Shown here piece by piece: positions 19,323-30,500 of a DNA stretch of 64,000 bases. Both the position numbers and the translations under genes were made by a program. The first letter of the stretch is position 1; each line of letters begins with the position of its first letter. The stretch is from contig CAVVKJ010000005.1 of NCBI GenBank assembly GCA_963748815.1, forward strand, positions 514,577 through 578,576, in the 5' to 3' direction. Source of the stretch: an uncultured Gemmatimonadales bacterium. GTDB lineage: Bacteria; Gemmatimonadota; Gemmatimonadetes; Gemmatimonadales; GWC2-71-9. The notes under the pieces were generated by a model. That model did not search any database and had not been told where the DNA came from. It was given only the letters and a program-made list of their open reading frames with translations.

Positions 19323-22289
19323 ATGTCCATGACCGCTCGCCTCTCTCCGTCCCGGTGGTCGTTTCCCCTGTCGAGGCGGCTGGTCGCCGTGATGCTGGTG
19401 ACCCTCGCATGTGGAACCGACCCCACCGGACCGAGCACCGCACCGGCCTCCGTAGATCATTCGGTCGTGAACGTATCGCGCAACGTTCTGACCTCGGGCA
19501 CGGCCGCCACCCTGACCCTTCAGCTCAAAGACGCGGGGGGCCGTCCGGTTGGCAGCGATGGGCAGGACGTCGTGTTCTTTGCGACTGGCGGCGGTTCCAC
19601 CGGCGCGATAGGTGCGACCGCCGACCAGGGGGATGGAACGTTTGCCGCCACGTTCACTGGACTTCTCGCCGGCACCGCCACGACCATCGGCGCCAGCATC
19701 GACGGGCAACCTGTCACTACCCCGCTGCCCACGCTCCAAGTGGTGCCGGGGCCTGTCGCGATCGTGGCGACCACGCTGGAGGCCGATCCCCGGACCGTGG
19801 TGGTCGGGAATGGAGCGACGCTGGAGCTGGTCACTCGCGACCAGGCGGGAAATGAGACTGGCGCCGGCGGGAGGCACGTCGTGTTTGCCGTCGGTGGAGG
19901 CACCAGCACCGGCGTCATCGGCGAGGTGTCCGACCACGAGAACGGCCACTACACGGCCGGCTTTCTTGCAACCGGTGCCGGAACACCCCTGACTGTGGGG
20001 GCGACGGTCGACGGGATTCCCCTGACTAGCGGGCTTCCGACGGTGACTGTGGCCCACGAGGTCTCTCCCGATTCGTCCACGATCGCCCTGTCCTCCGATA
20101 CCATCGCCGTCAACGCCGGCCTGATGGTCACACTCCGCGTTCGGGACGGGACTGGAGTGCCGAGGACGAGCGGGGGCGAAACGGTGCATTTCCGGGTGCT
20201 GAGCGGTCCCGGGACGGGGCAGGGCACGATCGACAGCACGATCGATCACGACGACGGATCGTACACCGCCCTGTTCACCGCCACGGCCGCGGGAAGCCCG
20301 GTGGCGCTCGGGGCAACGCTCAACGGGGCCACGGTGGCCGGTCCGAACCCGACGGTCACAATTCTGCCGCTCCCCACGTCCCCGCAGCAGTCCACCGTGT
20401 CGACGAGCCGCGACACGGTCCTGGCGGGGCAAACGGCGACCTTCACGGCGCGTGTGTTGGACCAGGGTGGCCTGCCCGTCAGCACCGGCGTTGCCGTCAC
20501 CTTCGCGCTCGGGACCGAGGGATCCAGTGCGGGCAATGTCGGTCCGGTCACCAACAACGGCGACGGGACCTACGGCGCAGTCTTCACCGGCATGTCGGCA
20601 GGCACGGCAACAACCATCCGCGCCACCATCAATGACAGCAGTCAGATCCAGATGCTGGATTCGCTCGGGATCTCGCACCTGCCGACGATCACGGTGCTGC
20701 CCGGCGCGCCATCGCCGGACTCGTCGCTGCTGGCCGCAGCGCCCGCCACCGTGGCCCTCGGGGACTCCGCCACCATACGTCTCACGACACGCGACGCGCT
20801 TGGGAACACCGTTTCGGAGGGTGGGCAAGCTGTGTCGTTTCAGCGAGTCGGCGGCGCCGGCACCAGCATGGGGACGATTCGAGGACTCCGTGACGTCGGC
20901 GATGGGAGCTACACGGCGTACTACGTCGCCGATTCAGCCGGCACCCCGGATACGATCCGGGCCACGCTGAACGGCGACTTGGTGACGTCGGGAATGCCGA
21001 CTCTGACCGTGATCTGTTCTGCGGGCCCCGTCTCGCTGGCGGCATCGACGGTCCTGGTGAACGACACCACGGCGGCGCAGTCGCCCGTGAAGCACGTGAC
21101 CCTGCCTTCGGGGGTGACGACCACCGTCACACTCCGCGTCCGGGACAACCAGGGGTGCCCCGTGTCCAGCCCGCTGACCGTGAGCTTTGGAGCGGTCGGG
21201 GGAACCAGTACCGGCACCTTGGGCGCGACGGTCGATCAGGGGGACGGCACCTATACAGCCACCTTCACCGGCCGCATCGCGGGAAGCGCGCTCACTGTCA
21301 CGGTGTTGGTCGATGGCCAGCCGGTCACCTCCGAGTCCGCCACCATCACGGTGGCGCCCGGCGACATCTCACCATGGTCGTCCGTCGTCACCGTGTCCCG
21401 GGCGAGGATCGATTCGGGTGCGCGGTCCATCGCGACGCTGCAGGCGCGCGATTCCGTCGGCAACGTCATCGTGTCCGGCGGTCGGACGGTCACATTTACC
21501 CTCGCCGGAGCGGCAGCGCATGGGTCGATCGGCCCAACCACCGACGAGGACAATGGACGCTACTCAGCCACCTATGTCGGGTTTGCCGCGGAGCCGGGCG
21601 CCCACGATTCCGTCCTGGTCCGGATCGAAGGCACGCCGGTCCGGATGCCCATGCCCACCATCGAGGTGGCAGCCGGAGCGATTGCCCCGAGCCAGTCGGT
21701 GGTCATGGTCAGTGCCGACAGCGTGGCGGCAGGCGATTCGGTTCTTGTGACGCTGATCGGACGGGATGCGCTTGGACGGGCATTGGTGACCGGAGACCGA
21801 CCCGCCGTCATCGCGTTCTCCCAGGTTGGGATCAGTTCGGGCGTCTTTCAATCTGTCCAGAATCTGGATGACGGCACCTACGATTCCTACCTCCTCGCGC
21901 GCGGTGCCGGCACACCGACGACAATCGGCGCGACCATCGATGGCACCCTCGTCTCGACACCCCTCCCCGTCGTGACGGTCGTTCCGGGGCCGGCCGCACC
22001 AGGCACTTCCATGCTTTCCGCCATCGCGGACAGCCTCGGTGTGGGCGACACCACGACCGTGGAGCTCGAGGTGCTTGACGCCTTCGGCAATCCGGTGTCG
22101 GATCCTGGTCTGGCAGTCGTGTTTACCCTATCGGCGCCCGGCGTGGTCGGCGTGGATGCTGCGGCCTACGCGGGGGCCAACCGTTATACGGCCCGACTCT
22201 CGGCGCTGGTCGCGGGGACGGTGGCGGTGGGCGCGACCGTGGACGGCGCGAGCGTGACCACGGCGCCCGTCACCATTCGCGTGGAGTGA
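19323..22289 (+). CDS. Surface lipoprotein made of about 9 invasin/intimin-type Ig-like repeats
   Basis: Lipobox TLAC; nine units of about 105 aa with a GxIG..D..DGxYxAxF..G...IxATxDG motif. Confidence 0.85.
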   Translation: MSMTARLSPSRWSFPLSRRLVAVMLVTLACGTDPTGPSTAPASVDHSVVNVSRNVLTSGTAATLTLQLKDAGGRPVGSDGQDVVFFATGGGSTGAIGATADQGDGTFAATFTGLLAGTATTIGASIDGQPVTTPLPTLQVVPGPVAIVATTLEADPRTVVVGNGATLELVTRDQAGNETGAGGRHVVFAVGGGTSTGVIGEVSDHENGHYTAGFLATGAGTPLTVGATVDGIPLTSGLPTVTVAHEVSPDSSTIALSSDTIAVNAGLMVTLRVRDGTGVPRTSGGETVHFRVLSGPGTGQGTIDSTIDHDDGSYTALFTATAAGSPVALGATLNGATVAGPNPTVTILPLPTSPQQSTVSTSRDTVLAGQTATFTARVLDQGGLPVSTGVAVTFALGTEGSSAGNVGPVTNNGDGTYGAVFTGMSAGTATTIRATINDSSQIQMLDSLGISHLPTITVLPGAPSPDSSLLAAAPATVALGDSATIRLTTRDALGNTVSEGGQAVSFQRVGGAGTSMGTIRGLRDVGDGSYTAYYVADSAGTPDTIRATLNGDLVTSGMPTLTVICSAGPVSLAASTVLVNDTTAAQSPVKHVTLPSGVTTTVTLRVRDNQGCPVSSPLTVSFGAVGGTSTGTLGATVDQGDGTYTATFTGRIAGSALTVTVLVDGQPVTSESATITVAPGDISPWSSVVTVSRARIDSGARSIATLQARDSVGNVIVSGGRTVTFTLAGAAAHGSIGPTTDEDNGRYSATYVGFAAEPGAHDSVLVRIEGTPVRMPMPTIEVAAGAIAPSQSVVMVSADSVAAGDSVLVTLIGRDALGRALVTGDRPAVIAFSQVGISSGVFQSVQNLDDGTYDSYLLARGAGTPTTIGATIDGTLVSTPLPVVTVVPGPAAPGTSMLSAIADSLGVGDTTTVELEVLDAFGNPVSDPGLAVVFTLSAPGVVGVDAAAYAGANRYTARLSALVAGTVAVGATVDGASVTTAPVTIRVE

Positions 22290-22320
22290 CCAGCGGCGCG
22301 TCAGCACCTGTCAGGAACGA

Positions 22321-22352
22321 CAACGGCCGGCCCCGAAAGGGACCGGCCGTTG
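22321..22352. terminator. Likely bidirectional intrinsic terminator between the Ig-repeat gene and pstS
   Basis: CAACGGCCGGCCCC-GAAA-GGGACCGGCCGTTG hairpin between convergent genes. Confidence 0.75.
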
Positions 22353-22372
22353 CGCATGTTGGTCAGGCGTAA

Positions 22373-23416
22373 CTAGTTGACAGGAATCGGCTTGCCGTTG
22401 GCCTTGAGCCCGGCGATCCGGGGCTTGATCAGTGCGACGACCTCGGCGGGGAGGGGCGCGTACTTGAGCTCGCCGGCCATCGCCTGCGCTGCCGGCGTGA
22501 CCATCCAGTTGAGGAAGTCGCGGAGGAGTTTCGCCTTGGCCGCATCCTTGGAGTCGGGCCGCACGAGCAGCCAGGTGAACGACGAGATGGGGTAGGTCTC
22601 CGCGCCCGGCGCGTTGGTGATCGACACCCGGAAATCGGTGTCCTTGGCAAATTTGGCGCTGGCGGCGGCGGCCGTCGCCGACGCGAGGCTCGGCACGACG
22701 AAGTTGCCGGCGCTGTTCTTGATCTTCGCGTAGGGCAGGTTGTTCGACAGCGCGTAGATCAACTCGACGTAGCCGATGGTCCCTTCGATCTGCTTGACCT
22801 GCTGGGTCACCCCTTCGTTGCCCTTGCCGCCGAGGCCGACCGGCCACTTCACGGAGGTGGCGTAGTTGACCTTGTCCTTCCACTCCCGGGACACCTTGGT
22901 CAGGAAGTCGGTGAAGATGTAGCTGGTGCCCGACCCGTCCGAGCGGTGGACCACGATGATGTCGGTGTTGGGGAGCGCCACGCCGGCGTTCATGCTGGCG
23001 ATGCGCTTGTCGTTCCACTTGGTGATGCGCCCGAGGTAGATGTCGGCGATCGTGGCGCCGTCGAGCTGGATCTGCGTGGTGCCGAGCGACGGCAGGTTGT
23101 AGGTCAGCACGACCGCGCCAATGACGGTCGGGATGTGCAGGACGTTGTTCTGCACCGCCTCCATCTGGGCCGGGCTCATCGGGCCGTCGGTGGCGCCGAA
23201 GTCCACGGTGCCCTCGGTGAACTGCCGGATGCCGCCGCCGGACCCGATCGACTGGTAGTTGATCTGGATGCCGGTAGCCTTGTTGTAGGCGTCAAACCAC
23301 TTCGTATAGATCGGGTTCGGGAAGGTGGCGCCCGCCCCGGTCAGGCCCTGGGCGCCGGCTGGGGCCGCCACGAGGGCGGCCGCGCCGAGCGCGAGGGCGA
23401 TGGATCGAAAGGTCAT
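22373..23416 (-). CDS. pstS: Phosphate ABC transporter substrate-binding protein
   Basis: GAGATFP, YQSIGSGGGI, HRSDGSGTS, YPISSFTW. Confidence 0.97.
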   Translation of the reverse strand: MTFRSIALALGAAALVAAPAGAQGLTGAGATFPNPIYTKWFDAYNKATGIQINYQSIGSGGGIRQFTEGTVDFGATDGPMSPAQMEAVQNNVLHIPTVIGAVVLTYNLPSLGTTQIQLDGATIADIYLGRITKWNDKRIASMNAGVALPNTDIIVVHRSDGSGTSYIFTDFLTKVSREWKDKVNYATSVKWPVGLGGKGNEGVTQQVKQIEGTIGYVELIYALSNNLPYAKIKNSAGNFVVPSLASATAAAASAKFAKDTDFRVSITNAPGAETYPISSFTWLLVRPDSKDAAKAKLLRDFLNWMVTPAAQAMAGELKYAPLPAEVVALIKPRIAGLKANGKPIPVN

Positions 23417-23428
23417 CGTGTCACTCCC

Positions 23429-24543
23429 TTAGAAATTCATGGTCAGCGCGGTACGAATGCCGCTGATCGTCTTGAGGTCGGACTGTTCGAAGCTCTGGGA
23501 CTCGTACATCAGGCGGAACTGCGCCTTGCTGCTCAGGTACAGGTTGACGCCTGCCGTGATGAGCGTGCTCTGGTCGTCCACGACGTTGTTGCTCGGCTCG
23601 GCGAGGTCGTACCGGAAGGCCGGCTCGATGGCGTAGAGGAAGCTGTCCGGCGACTTCATCCGGATGTTGTACGCGGCGACGCCCTGGAAGCCCCAGATCT
23701 CGTTGGCGCTGTTGAGGGTGCTCTCGCCGCTCATGTAGTCGACCATCACGTACAGCCCTTCGTTACCCGGCGCGCCCCACTGCGCGTCGAGGCCCCAGCC
23801 GGTGTTGGTGGCGGAGCTGTCGGCCGGCACAGGGTGTCAGGCCGCTGGACGAAGTCGTGGCTGGCGAAGGATCCGCCGATCGCCAGCTGCGGCGTGATCG
23901 CGTAGGTGGCGCGGGCGTAGTACGACTTGGAGTTGTTGAGATCGAGGTTGTTCGGGGAGAGTGCACCGTTCATGACGCTGCCCATGATGGCCAGCTTCTT
24001 TTCCATCCCGGTGTACATCAGGCCGGCGCCGATGTCGTGCGCCGCAAAGCCGTTCCCGATGGAGAGGTCGTTCGAGGAGACCGGCACCAGGCCGCGGTAG
24101 GCGCCGCGCTCGATGGAGGGCAGGTTGTTCGACGATGTGAGCTCGTACCGGCCAAAGTACCGCTTGAACTGCCCCGCCCGCAGGACGAAGGCGCTCTTCG
24201 CCTCCGGCTTGGTGAAGGCGACGTCGAGGTAGGCGTCCTTCAGGATCAGGCCCGACTGGCCCGTCGTGTAGCTGGGCTGGATGACGAAGGAGATGTTCTC
24301 GGTCAGGTTGCCCTTGGCCGTGATGCGGGCGCGCCGGATGAGAAAGTTGCTCTCAGCTGCGCGCGCCGACGCGGGCAGCGCCGCATAGATGGCATTCTCG
24401 CCGTTGTTGAAATCGTAGAATTCGACCTGGAGGCGGCCGACGACCTTTACGTTGGGGTACGTCGTCTGAGCCGCAGCGGCACCAGCGAGGATCAAGGTCA
24501 GCAGAGCGAGGCTCGAGGCCGAACGCCACATCAAGGAACGCAT
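23429..24543 (-). CDS. Phosphate-selective (OprO/OprP-like) porin, frameshift near 23830
   Basis: Signal peptide, GRLQ, IRRARI, LKDAY, GQFK, C-terminal Phe; lies directly upstream of pstS. Confidence 0.8.
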
Positions 24544-24661
24544 GTCCACCCTTTCGTGCGGGGCCGCATCGGCACCCATGGGTTGTCGTCGGGGAGCCCG
24601 GTGCCCGCCCGCGCGATGCCCGGAGGGGACTGGACATCGCGGCGTAACGAACGCAACGGCG

Positions 24662-24700
24662 CGTCACGCCCGTGCGTGCGTCGTGTCACGCGTTTGTAAC
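24662..24700 (-). promoter_or_regulatory. Putative PHO box upstream of porin-pstS
   Basis: Minus strand GTTACA-n5-GTGACA (24700-24684) plus GTGACG 22 bp further on; same motif as upstream of pstC. Confidence 0.55.
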
Positions 24701-26428
24701 GGCGCGACTTTCCCCCACGGCCAGGCCTCCGGGAAACCACGCCGACACCCGCGTGCCCGATCCCAGCTCGCTCTCGATCCCCACCCGGCCACCGTGCGCC
24801 TCGACCGTGTGCCGGACGATGGCAAGCCCCAGGCCCGTCCCCCCTTCCGCGCGCGAGCGGGACGGATCGACGCGATAGAATCGCTCAAAGACCCGGGAGA
24901 GGTGCTCCCGCGGGATCCCGCTGCCGGTGTCCTCGACCTGGAGGGAGACGCCCTCCTCCACCACCCTGCTCCGCAGGGTGATCCGTCCGCCGGCGGGGGT
25001 GTAACGGAGGGCGTTGTCGATCAGGTTGCGGAGCACCAGCCGAACCCCCTCGGCGTCGGCCAGCAGCGTGCCGGCCCCGGGACCGATATCCGTGGCGATC
25101 GTGACCCCGAGTTCGTCTCCCCGGTCCGCGCAATCGGCCACCAGCTCGGCCGCCACGTCGGCAAGGTCGATCGCCGCGAGATCGGGCTGCCAGCGCCCCG
25201 ATTCGATCCGCGCCAGGTCGAGGAGGTCGTCGACGAGTCGCTGCATCCTCCGCGCGTTGGCCAGGATCGTCTCGAGGAACTGGCGTTCCGTCGTCGGGTC
25301 AGGCCGTTCGGCCAGCAGGGTTTCGGCATATCCCGAGATGCTGGTCAGCGGTGTCTTCAACTCATGGGAGACGTTGGCGACGAAATCCCGCCGGACCGCC
25401 TCGAGCCGCCGAATCTCGGTTTGATCGTGGAGGACGAGGATGGCGCCGCCGGTCGGGAGCGGTCGCGCGCTGATGACGATCTTGCGCCCGTCGATCCCGA
25501 CTTCCTCGCCGTCCACGGCAGCGCCCTCGCTGACACGCCGCACGATTTCCCGCGCCGAGCGCCCACGAAACAGCTGCTGCAGGTCGGGGAGGAGGGTCTG
25601 CGGGCCGTAGCCGAGCAGTTCGCGCGCGGCGGGGTTGGCGGTCACGATGTGGCCCCGGGCGTCGGCCGCCACCACCCCCTCCACCATCGCCGCCACCATG
25701 GCGGCCGATTCCGCCTGCTCATGTCGCAGCGTCTCGAACCGTTCCCCCAGATCGTGGTGCATTTGCCGGAGCGCCTGGACCAGCGTGTCGATGTCCCGGA
25801 TACCGGAGTGCGGAAACCGGGGCGCCTGCCCCGCGGCGATGCTGCGCGCGGCCTCGGTGATGGCGGTGAGTGGGCGGGTGACCGAGCCGGCGGTGATCCA
25901 CGCGACCAGCGTCCCGAACAGGAGCGCGACCAGCGCGGCGAGCGCGACGGCCAGCTGCGCCCGATGCACGATGCCGTCCACGTGGTCCAGGTCGGCGGAG
26001 ACGCGCACCACGCCCGGGCCTCCCGCCACGGCGACGTACATCATCTCCCGCCCTACCGTTTCGCTCTTGCGCTTGCTGACCCCGACCGAGCCGGCCAGGG
26101 CGGCACGAACCTCGGGACGGTTCCGGTGATTTTCGATCGCCGGGAGCGGCAGGGTGGCGTAGTCGCTTTCCCCGGTGACCGTTCCATCTTTCGCGATGAG
26201 GGTGATTCGGTAGCCGGTTTCCTGTCCGAGCCTGTAGATCCACGCCTGCGCAGCGGGCGCTTCGGCCGGCAGCCCTTCGCGGACGATCAGCGCCTCGCGC
26301 CCAAGGGTGCTGGCCACCTCGCCCTCCAGGTCGCGGCGGAGGGCAAGGTCGGCGGTCCACAACAGCACCACGACGCTGACCACCAGGACCAACAGGGTGC
26401 CCGAGATCACCCGGCCGGTGAATGTCAC
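24686..26428 (-). CDS. phoR: Sensor histidine kinase PhoR
   Basis: ENHxNRPEV, HAMP/PAS, FVANVSHELKTPLT, FYRVD, GGTGLGLAI. Confidence 0.92.
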   Translation of the reverse strand: MTFTGRVISGTLLVLVVSVVVLLWTADLALRRDLEGEVASTLGREALIVREGLPAEAPAAQAWIYRLGQETGYRITLIAKDGTVTGESDYATLPLPAIENHRNRPEVRAALAGSVGVSKRKSETVGREMMYVAVAGGPGVVRVSADLDHVDGIVHRAQLAVALAALVALLFGTLVAWITAGSVTRPLTAITEAARSIAAGQAPRFPHSGIRDIDTLVQALRQMHHDLGERFETLRHEQAESAAMVAAMVEGVVAADARGHIVTANPAARELLGYGPQTLLPDLQQLFRGRSAREIVRRVSEGAAVDGEEVGIDGRKIVISARPLPTGGAILVLHDQTEIRRLEAVRRDFVANVSHELKTPLTSISGYAETLLAERPDPTTERQFLETILANARRMQRLVDDLLDLARIESGRWQPDLAAIDLADVAAELVADCADRGDELGVTIATDIGPGAGTLLADAEGVRLVLRNLIDNALRYTPAGGRITLRSRVVEEGVSLQVEDTGSGIPREHLSRVFERFYRVDPSRSRAEGGTGLGLAIVRHTVEAHGGRVGIESELGSGTRVSAWFPGGLAVGESRAVTNA

Positions 26429-27132
26429 GTGTGGCGCCCAGAACGGTCGTTGGCGCGGAATCGATACCCGAACCCCCGGACCGTCTCGATCAGCCTCCCG
26501 GCGTCGCCCAGCTTGCTGCGCAGCCGCTGCACGTGCATGTCCACCGTGCGGGTCTGGATGTCGGGCTGGGCCTCCCAGACGGTTTCGAGCAGGTGCGGCC
26601 GCGTCTGCACGCGGCCCCGCCGCTCGATCAGCGTCAGCAGGAGTTTGTACTCGGTGGCGGTCAGGTCGAGCTCTTCCCCTCCCAGGGTGGCGCGGAGCGC
26701 CGCACGGTCGATGACGATGTCCCCGGCCGTCAGGGTGTCTCCATGGGCCACCGACGGGGCCGCGAGGCGTCGAAGGACCGCGCCGACCCGCAGCGTCAGT
26801 TCGGCCGGCGAAAAGGGCTTCGTGAGGTAGTCGTCCGCGCCGAGGGTGAGGCCGCGGATTCGGTCTGCCTCCTGCTTGCGCGCCGTCAGGAGAATGACCC
26901 CGATGTCGCGGGTCTCAGGGCGCGCCCGGAGCTCGGCGAGCACGTCGTAGCCGGACATCCCGGGGAGCATCAGGTCGAGGATCACGACGTCGGGCCGCTC
27001 GTCGGCGGCGGCCTTCAGCGCGTCGGGTCCCCGTGCCGCGGTGGAAACCCGGTACCCGGCCTTGGCGAGGTGGTAGGCCACCAGCGCCGTAATGTCAGGT
27101 TCGTCGTCGACGACGAGGATGCGATGCGTCAT
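26425..27132 (-). CDS. phoB: OmpR-family response regulator PhoB/PhoP
   Basis: ILVVDDE, LDLMLP, GADDYLTKPF, RTVDMHVQRLRSKL; adjacent to phoR. Confidence 0.9.
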   Translation of the reverse strand: MTHRILVVDDEPDITALVAYHLAKAGYRVSTAARGPDALKAAADERPDVVILDLMLPGMSGYDVLAELRARPETRDIGVILLTARKQEADRIRGLTLGADDYLTKPFSPAELTLRVGAVLRRLAAPSVAHGDTLTAGDIVIDRAALRATLGGEELDLTATEYKLLLTLIERRGRVQTRPHLLETVWEAQPDIQTRTVDMHVQRLRSKLGDAGRLIETVRGFGYRFRANDRSGRHT

Positions 27133-27503
27133 GTGGGGGACTCCGCGGGCGTCGCGACCCGGACGCGGGGATTGGCTCGGCTGCGGTCGGAGGCCTGGTG
27201 GCGCTCCGTGCGCATCTGTTCCTCCTGACCGAGTGCTTCGAGGGTGGCCGCCATCAGGCGGCCGCGGACGCCGGACTCCCGCCGGATTCGGTAGAGCACG
27301 AACTGGGCGATCGGCGTGTCCCGCACCAGGTTGGCTTCCTTCAGCACCTTCAGGTGCCGGGAAACGGTAGGCTGGGGGACGGCGAGAATGGCCTGGAGGT
27401 CGGACACGAACAACGGCGCCGCGGCGAGGCAGTTGAGAATCCGGAGCCGGGTCGGCTCGGCAAGCGCCACGAGGAGTTCCGTGGTGGAGGGGACGGCGTT
27501 CAT
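27129..27503 (-). CDS. ArsR/SmtB family transcriptional regulator
   Basis: ALAEPTRLRIL and QPTVSRHLKVLKEANLV HTH. Confidence 0.9.
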   Translation of the reverse strand: MNAVPSTTELLVALAEPTRLRILNCLAAAPLFVSDLQAILAVPQPTVSRHLKVLKEANLVRDTPIAQFVLYRIRRESGVRGRLMAATLEALGQEEQMRTERHQASDRSRANPRVRVATPAESPT

Positions 27504-27597
27504 ATGCGCGTAAACGAATATCCGGATCGTCGATCCGGCGCAAGGCCTCCGACGCCATGCATTGCGAAACCCGCAGGCAAGGACGGATATTTCCGGA

Positions 27598-30500
27598 ATG
27601 CTCCTACCTCTCCTTCTCGCGGTCGCGTCCGCGCCCGCTGCGCAGGACTCCGCCCATCTTGTCGTCGTCGCCACCACGGACGTCCACGGCCGCGCGACCG
27701 GGTGGGACTACGTGAACGACCGACCGTGGGTGGGTGGGCTGGTGCGCGCCGCCCGGCCGATCGACTCGCTCCGCGCGGCCTATCCGGACCAGGTCGTCCT
27801 GGTCGATGCCGGCGACCTGCTGCAGGGTGACCCGTTCGCCGCCTATTTCGCCCAGGTCGCTCCGCGGGACCCGAACCCGATCGTGGACGTGATGAACCAG
27901 CTCGGGTACGACGCCGCGACGCCAGGCAACCACGACTTCAATTTCGGGGTCCCGGCGCTGCGGGAAATGCTGCGCCGGGCGTCGTTCCGGGTGGTGAGCG
28001 CCAACGTCATCACCGAGCCGTCCGGCGACCCGATGTTTGCCCGGCAGACCGTCCTCCTCCGGCAAGGGGTCCGGGTCGGGATCACGGGGTTCACGACCCC
28101 GGGCGTCATGATCTGGGACCGGAACAACGTCCGCGGGCAGGCGGACGTCCGGCGGATCGGGAGCGCGGCCCCCGCCGAGTTCACGCGCCTCCGGCAGGAC
28201 GCCGACTTCATCGTGACCCTCATCCACAGCGGGATGGACGGCGGGAGTTCATACGACTCCCTCGGCGTGGGTCCGGAAAACGTCGCGGCTTCCCTCGCCT
28301 CCGGGGCCACCCGTCCCGATCTCGTGGTCGTCGGGCACTCACACCGCCAGATGCGCGACTCCGTCCTGAACGGCGTGCACTTCATTCAGCCCAAGCCATA
28401 CGCGCAGACGCTGGCCGTCGCGCACGTCGATCTCGTCCGCGAGGGCGGAACGTGGCGCGTCTCCCGCATCCGCGGGGAGCAAATCGACCTGGCCGGGATC
28501 GAACCGCCCCCGGGCCGCTTCCGGCGGGTGGCGGAGGCGCAGGACGAGGTGCGCATCTGGGCGGCGACCCCCCTCGCGGTGGCGACCGCGGCGATGCCCG
28601 GTCGGGACGGACGCGTCGAGGCGGTGCCGCTGACGACCTGGATCAACGAAGTCCAGCGCCGCCAGGCGGGCACCGATCTCGCGTCGACGGCGGTCTTCGA
28701 TCCGCGTGCGGGGCTGCCCGCCGGCGAAGTCCGCCTCGCGGACGTGGCCGGTGTGTATCCCTACGAGAACACGCTCCGCGGCATCCGGATCACCGGCACC
28801 CAGCTGGCGGCCTACCTGGAGCAGAGCGGTCGGTATTACGTCACGGATTCCACCGGAAGCGTGGCCACCGATCCGACCATTCCCGGGTACAACTTCGACG
28901 TCGTGACCGGAGCGGAGTACGAGCTGGACCTGTCCCAGCCGATCGGAAGCCGGGTGCGGGGCCTGCGGGTGAACGGCCGCGACGTGGTGCCGTCCGAGAC
29001 CTACACCCTGGCCCTGAACAGCTATCGGCAGGAGGGCGGGGGAGGCTTCGATGCGCTGCGTGGCGCACCGGTGATGTACGACCAGAATGAAAGCGTGCGC
29101 GAGCTCCTGGTGGCCGACCTCCGGCGGCGGGGACAGATCGACCCGGTACAGTTCGGCGTCCACAACTGGCGGCTCACGCCGCCCACGGCGCTGACGTCGG
29201 CCCGGCTGCTGACCCGGCCGCCGGCCCGCGACACATTGCAACTGCGCATCCTGAGCATCAACGACTTCCACGGCGCGCTCGAACCCCGGGTGTACAACTG
29301 GTCCGACGGCCGGTTGGTCGGCGGCGCCGCCGCGGTGGACGCCACGATGGATTCGCTCGCGGCCCGCTGCAACTGCACGACGCTGCGGCTGGACGGCGGC
29401 GACGAGATGCAGGGCACCCTGCCGTCGAACCTGACCTATGGCAGGACGACCATCGAGGCGTTCGACCTGATGGGAATCCAGGCCGCGGCCATCGGCAACC
29501 ACGACTTCGACTGGTCCGCCGATACGCTGCGCGCCCGGATGCGGGAGTCGGACTATCCCTGGGTCGCGGCCAACATCTTCGACTCGCTGACCGGCAAGCG
29601 CCCCGACTGGATTACGCCATGGCGGATGGTCCGGGCCGGGAAGTACCAGGTGGCGGTCGTGGGCTTCATTACCAGCGAGACCAAGGCGATTGTCGCCCCG
29701 CAGAACATCGCCGGCCTCACGTTCGGCTCGGGGTACGCCTCCATCAAGGACATGGTCGAGGAGGCCCGCAGTGCCAATCCCGATTTCCTGGTGCTGCTCA
29801 CGCACTCCGGCGGGCGGTGCGACTCGCTCGCGTGTGCCGGTGAAGTCTTCGACATGGCGCAGTCGCTGCCGCCCGGAACGGTCGACGTGATCGTCTCGGG
29901 GCACAGCCATACGCTCATCGACGCGGAGCGGAACGGCGTGCCCATTGTGCAGGCCCGAAGCAACGGCACCGCCGTGGGCATCGTGGACATCATTCGCACC
30001 ACCGACGGCGCGCGGAAGATCGACGTGGACGTCCAGACGGTCTGGGTGGACGAGGTCACCCCCGATTCGGCGATCGCGGCGCTGGTGGCCCGCTCGGTGC
30101 GGACGACGGACAGCCTCTCGAAGCGCGTCATCACCGACATCGCCCTGCCGCTCCCGCGCACCGGCGGCCAATACCCGCTCGGGAACCTGATCGCGGACGC
30201 CTTCCGTAACGTGCTCCGGGCGGACGTGGCGCTCGTCAACAACGGTGGCATTCGCGCGGACGTCGCCGCTGGGCCGCTGACGTTCGGGCAGTTGTTCACC
30301 TTGATGCCGTTCCAAAACGAGGCCGTGACGGTGACGGTGACCGGAGCCCAATTGCGGCAGGCGGTGGAGCAGGGCATCCACGACTCGGGGCCCGACGCCC
30401 ACGTATCCGGCATGCAGGTGACGTACGACATGCGCCGGCCCGCCGGCCAGCGCGTGCGCGACATCCGGCTCGCCGACGGCAAGAAGCTCCGCGACAAGCA

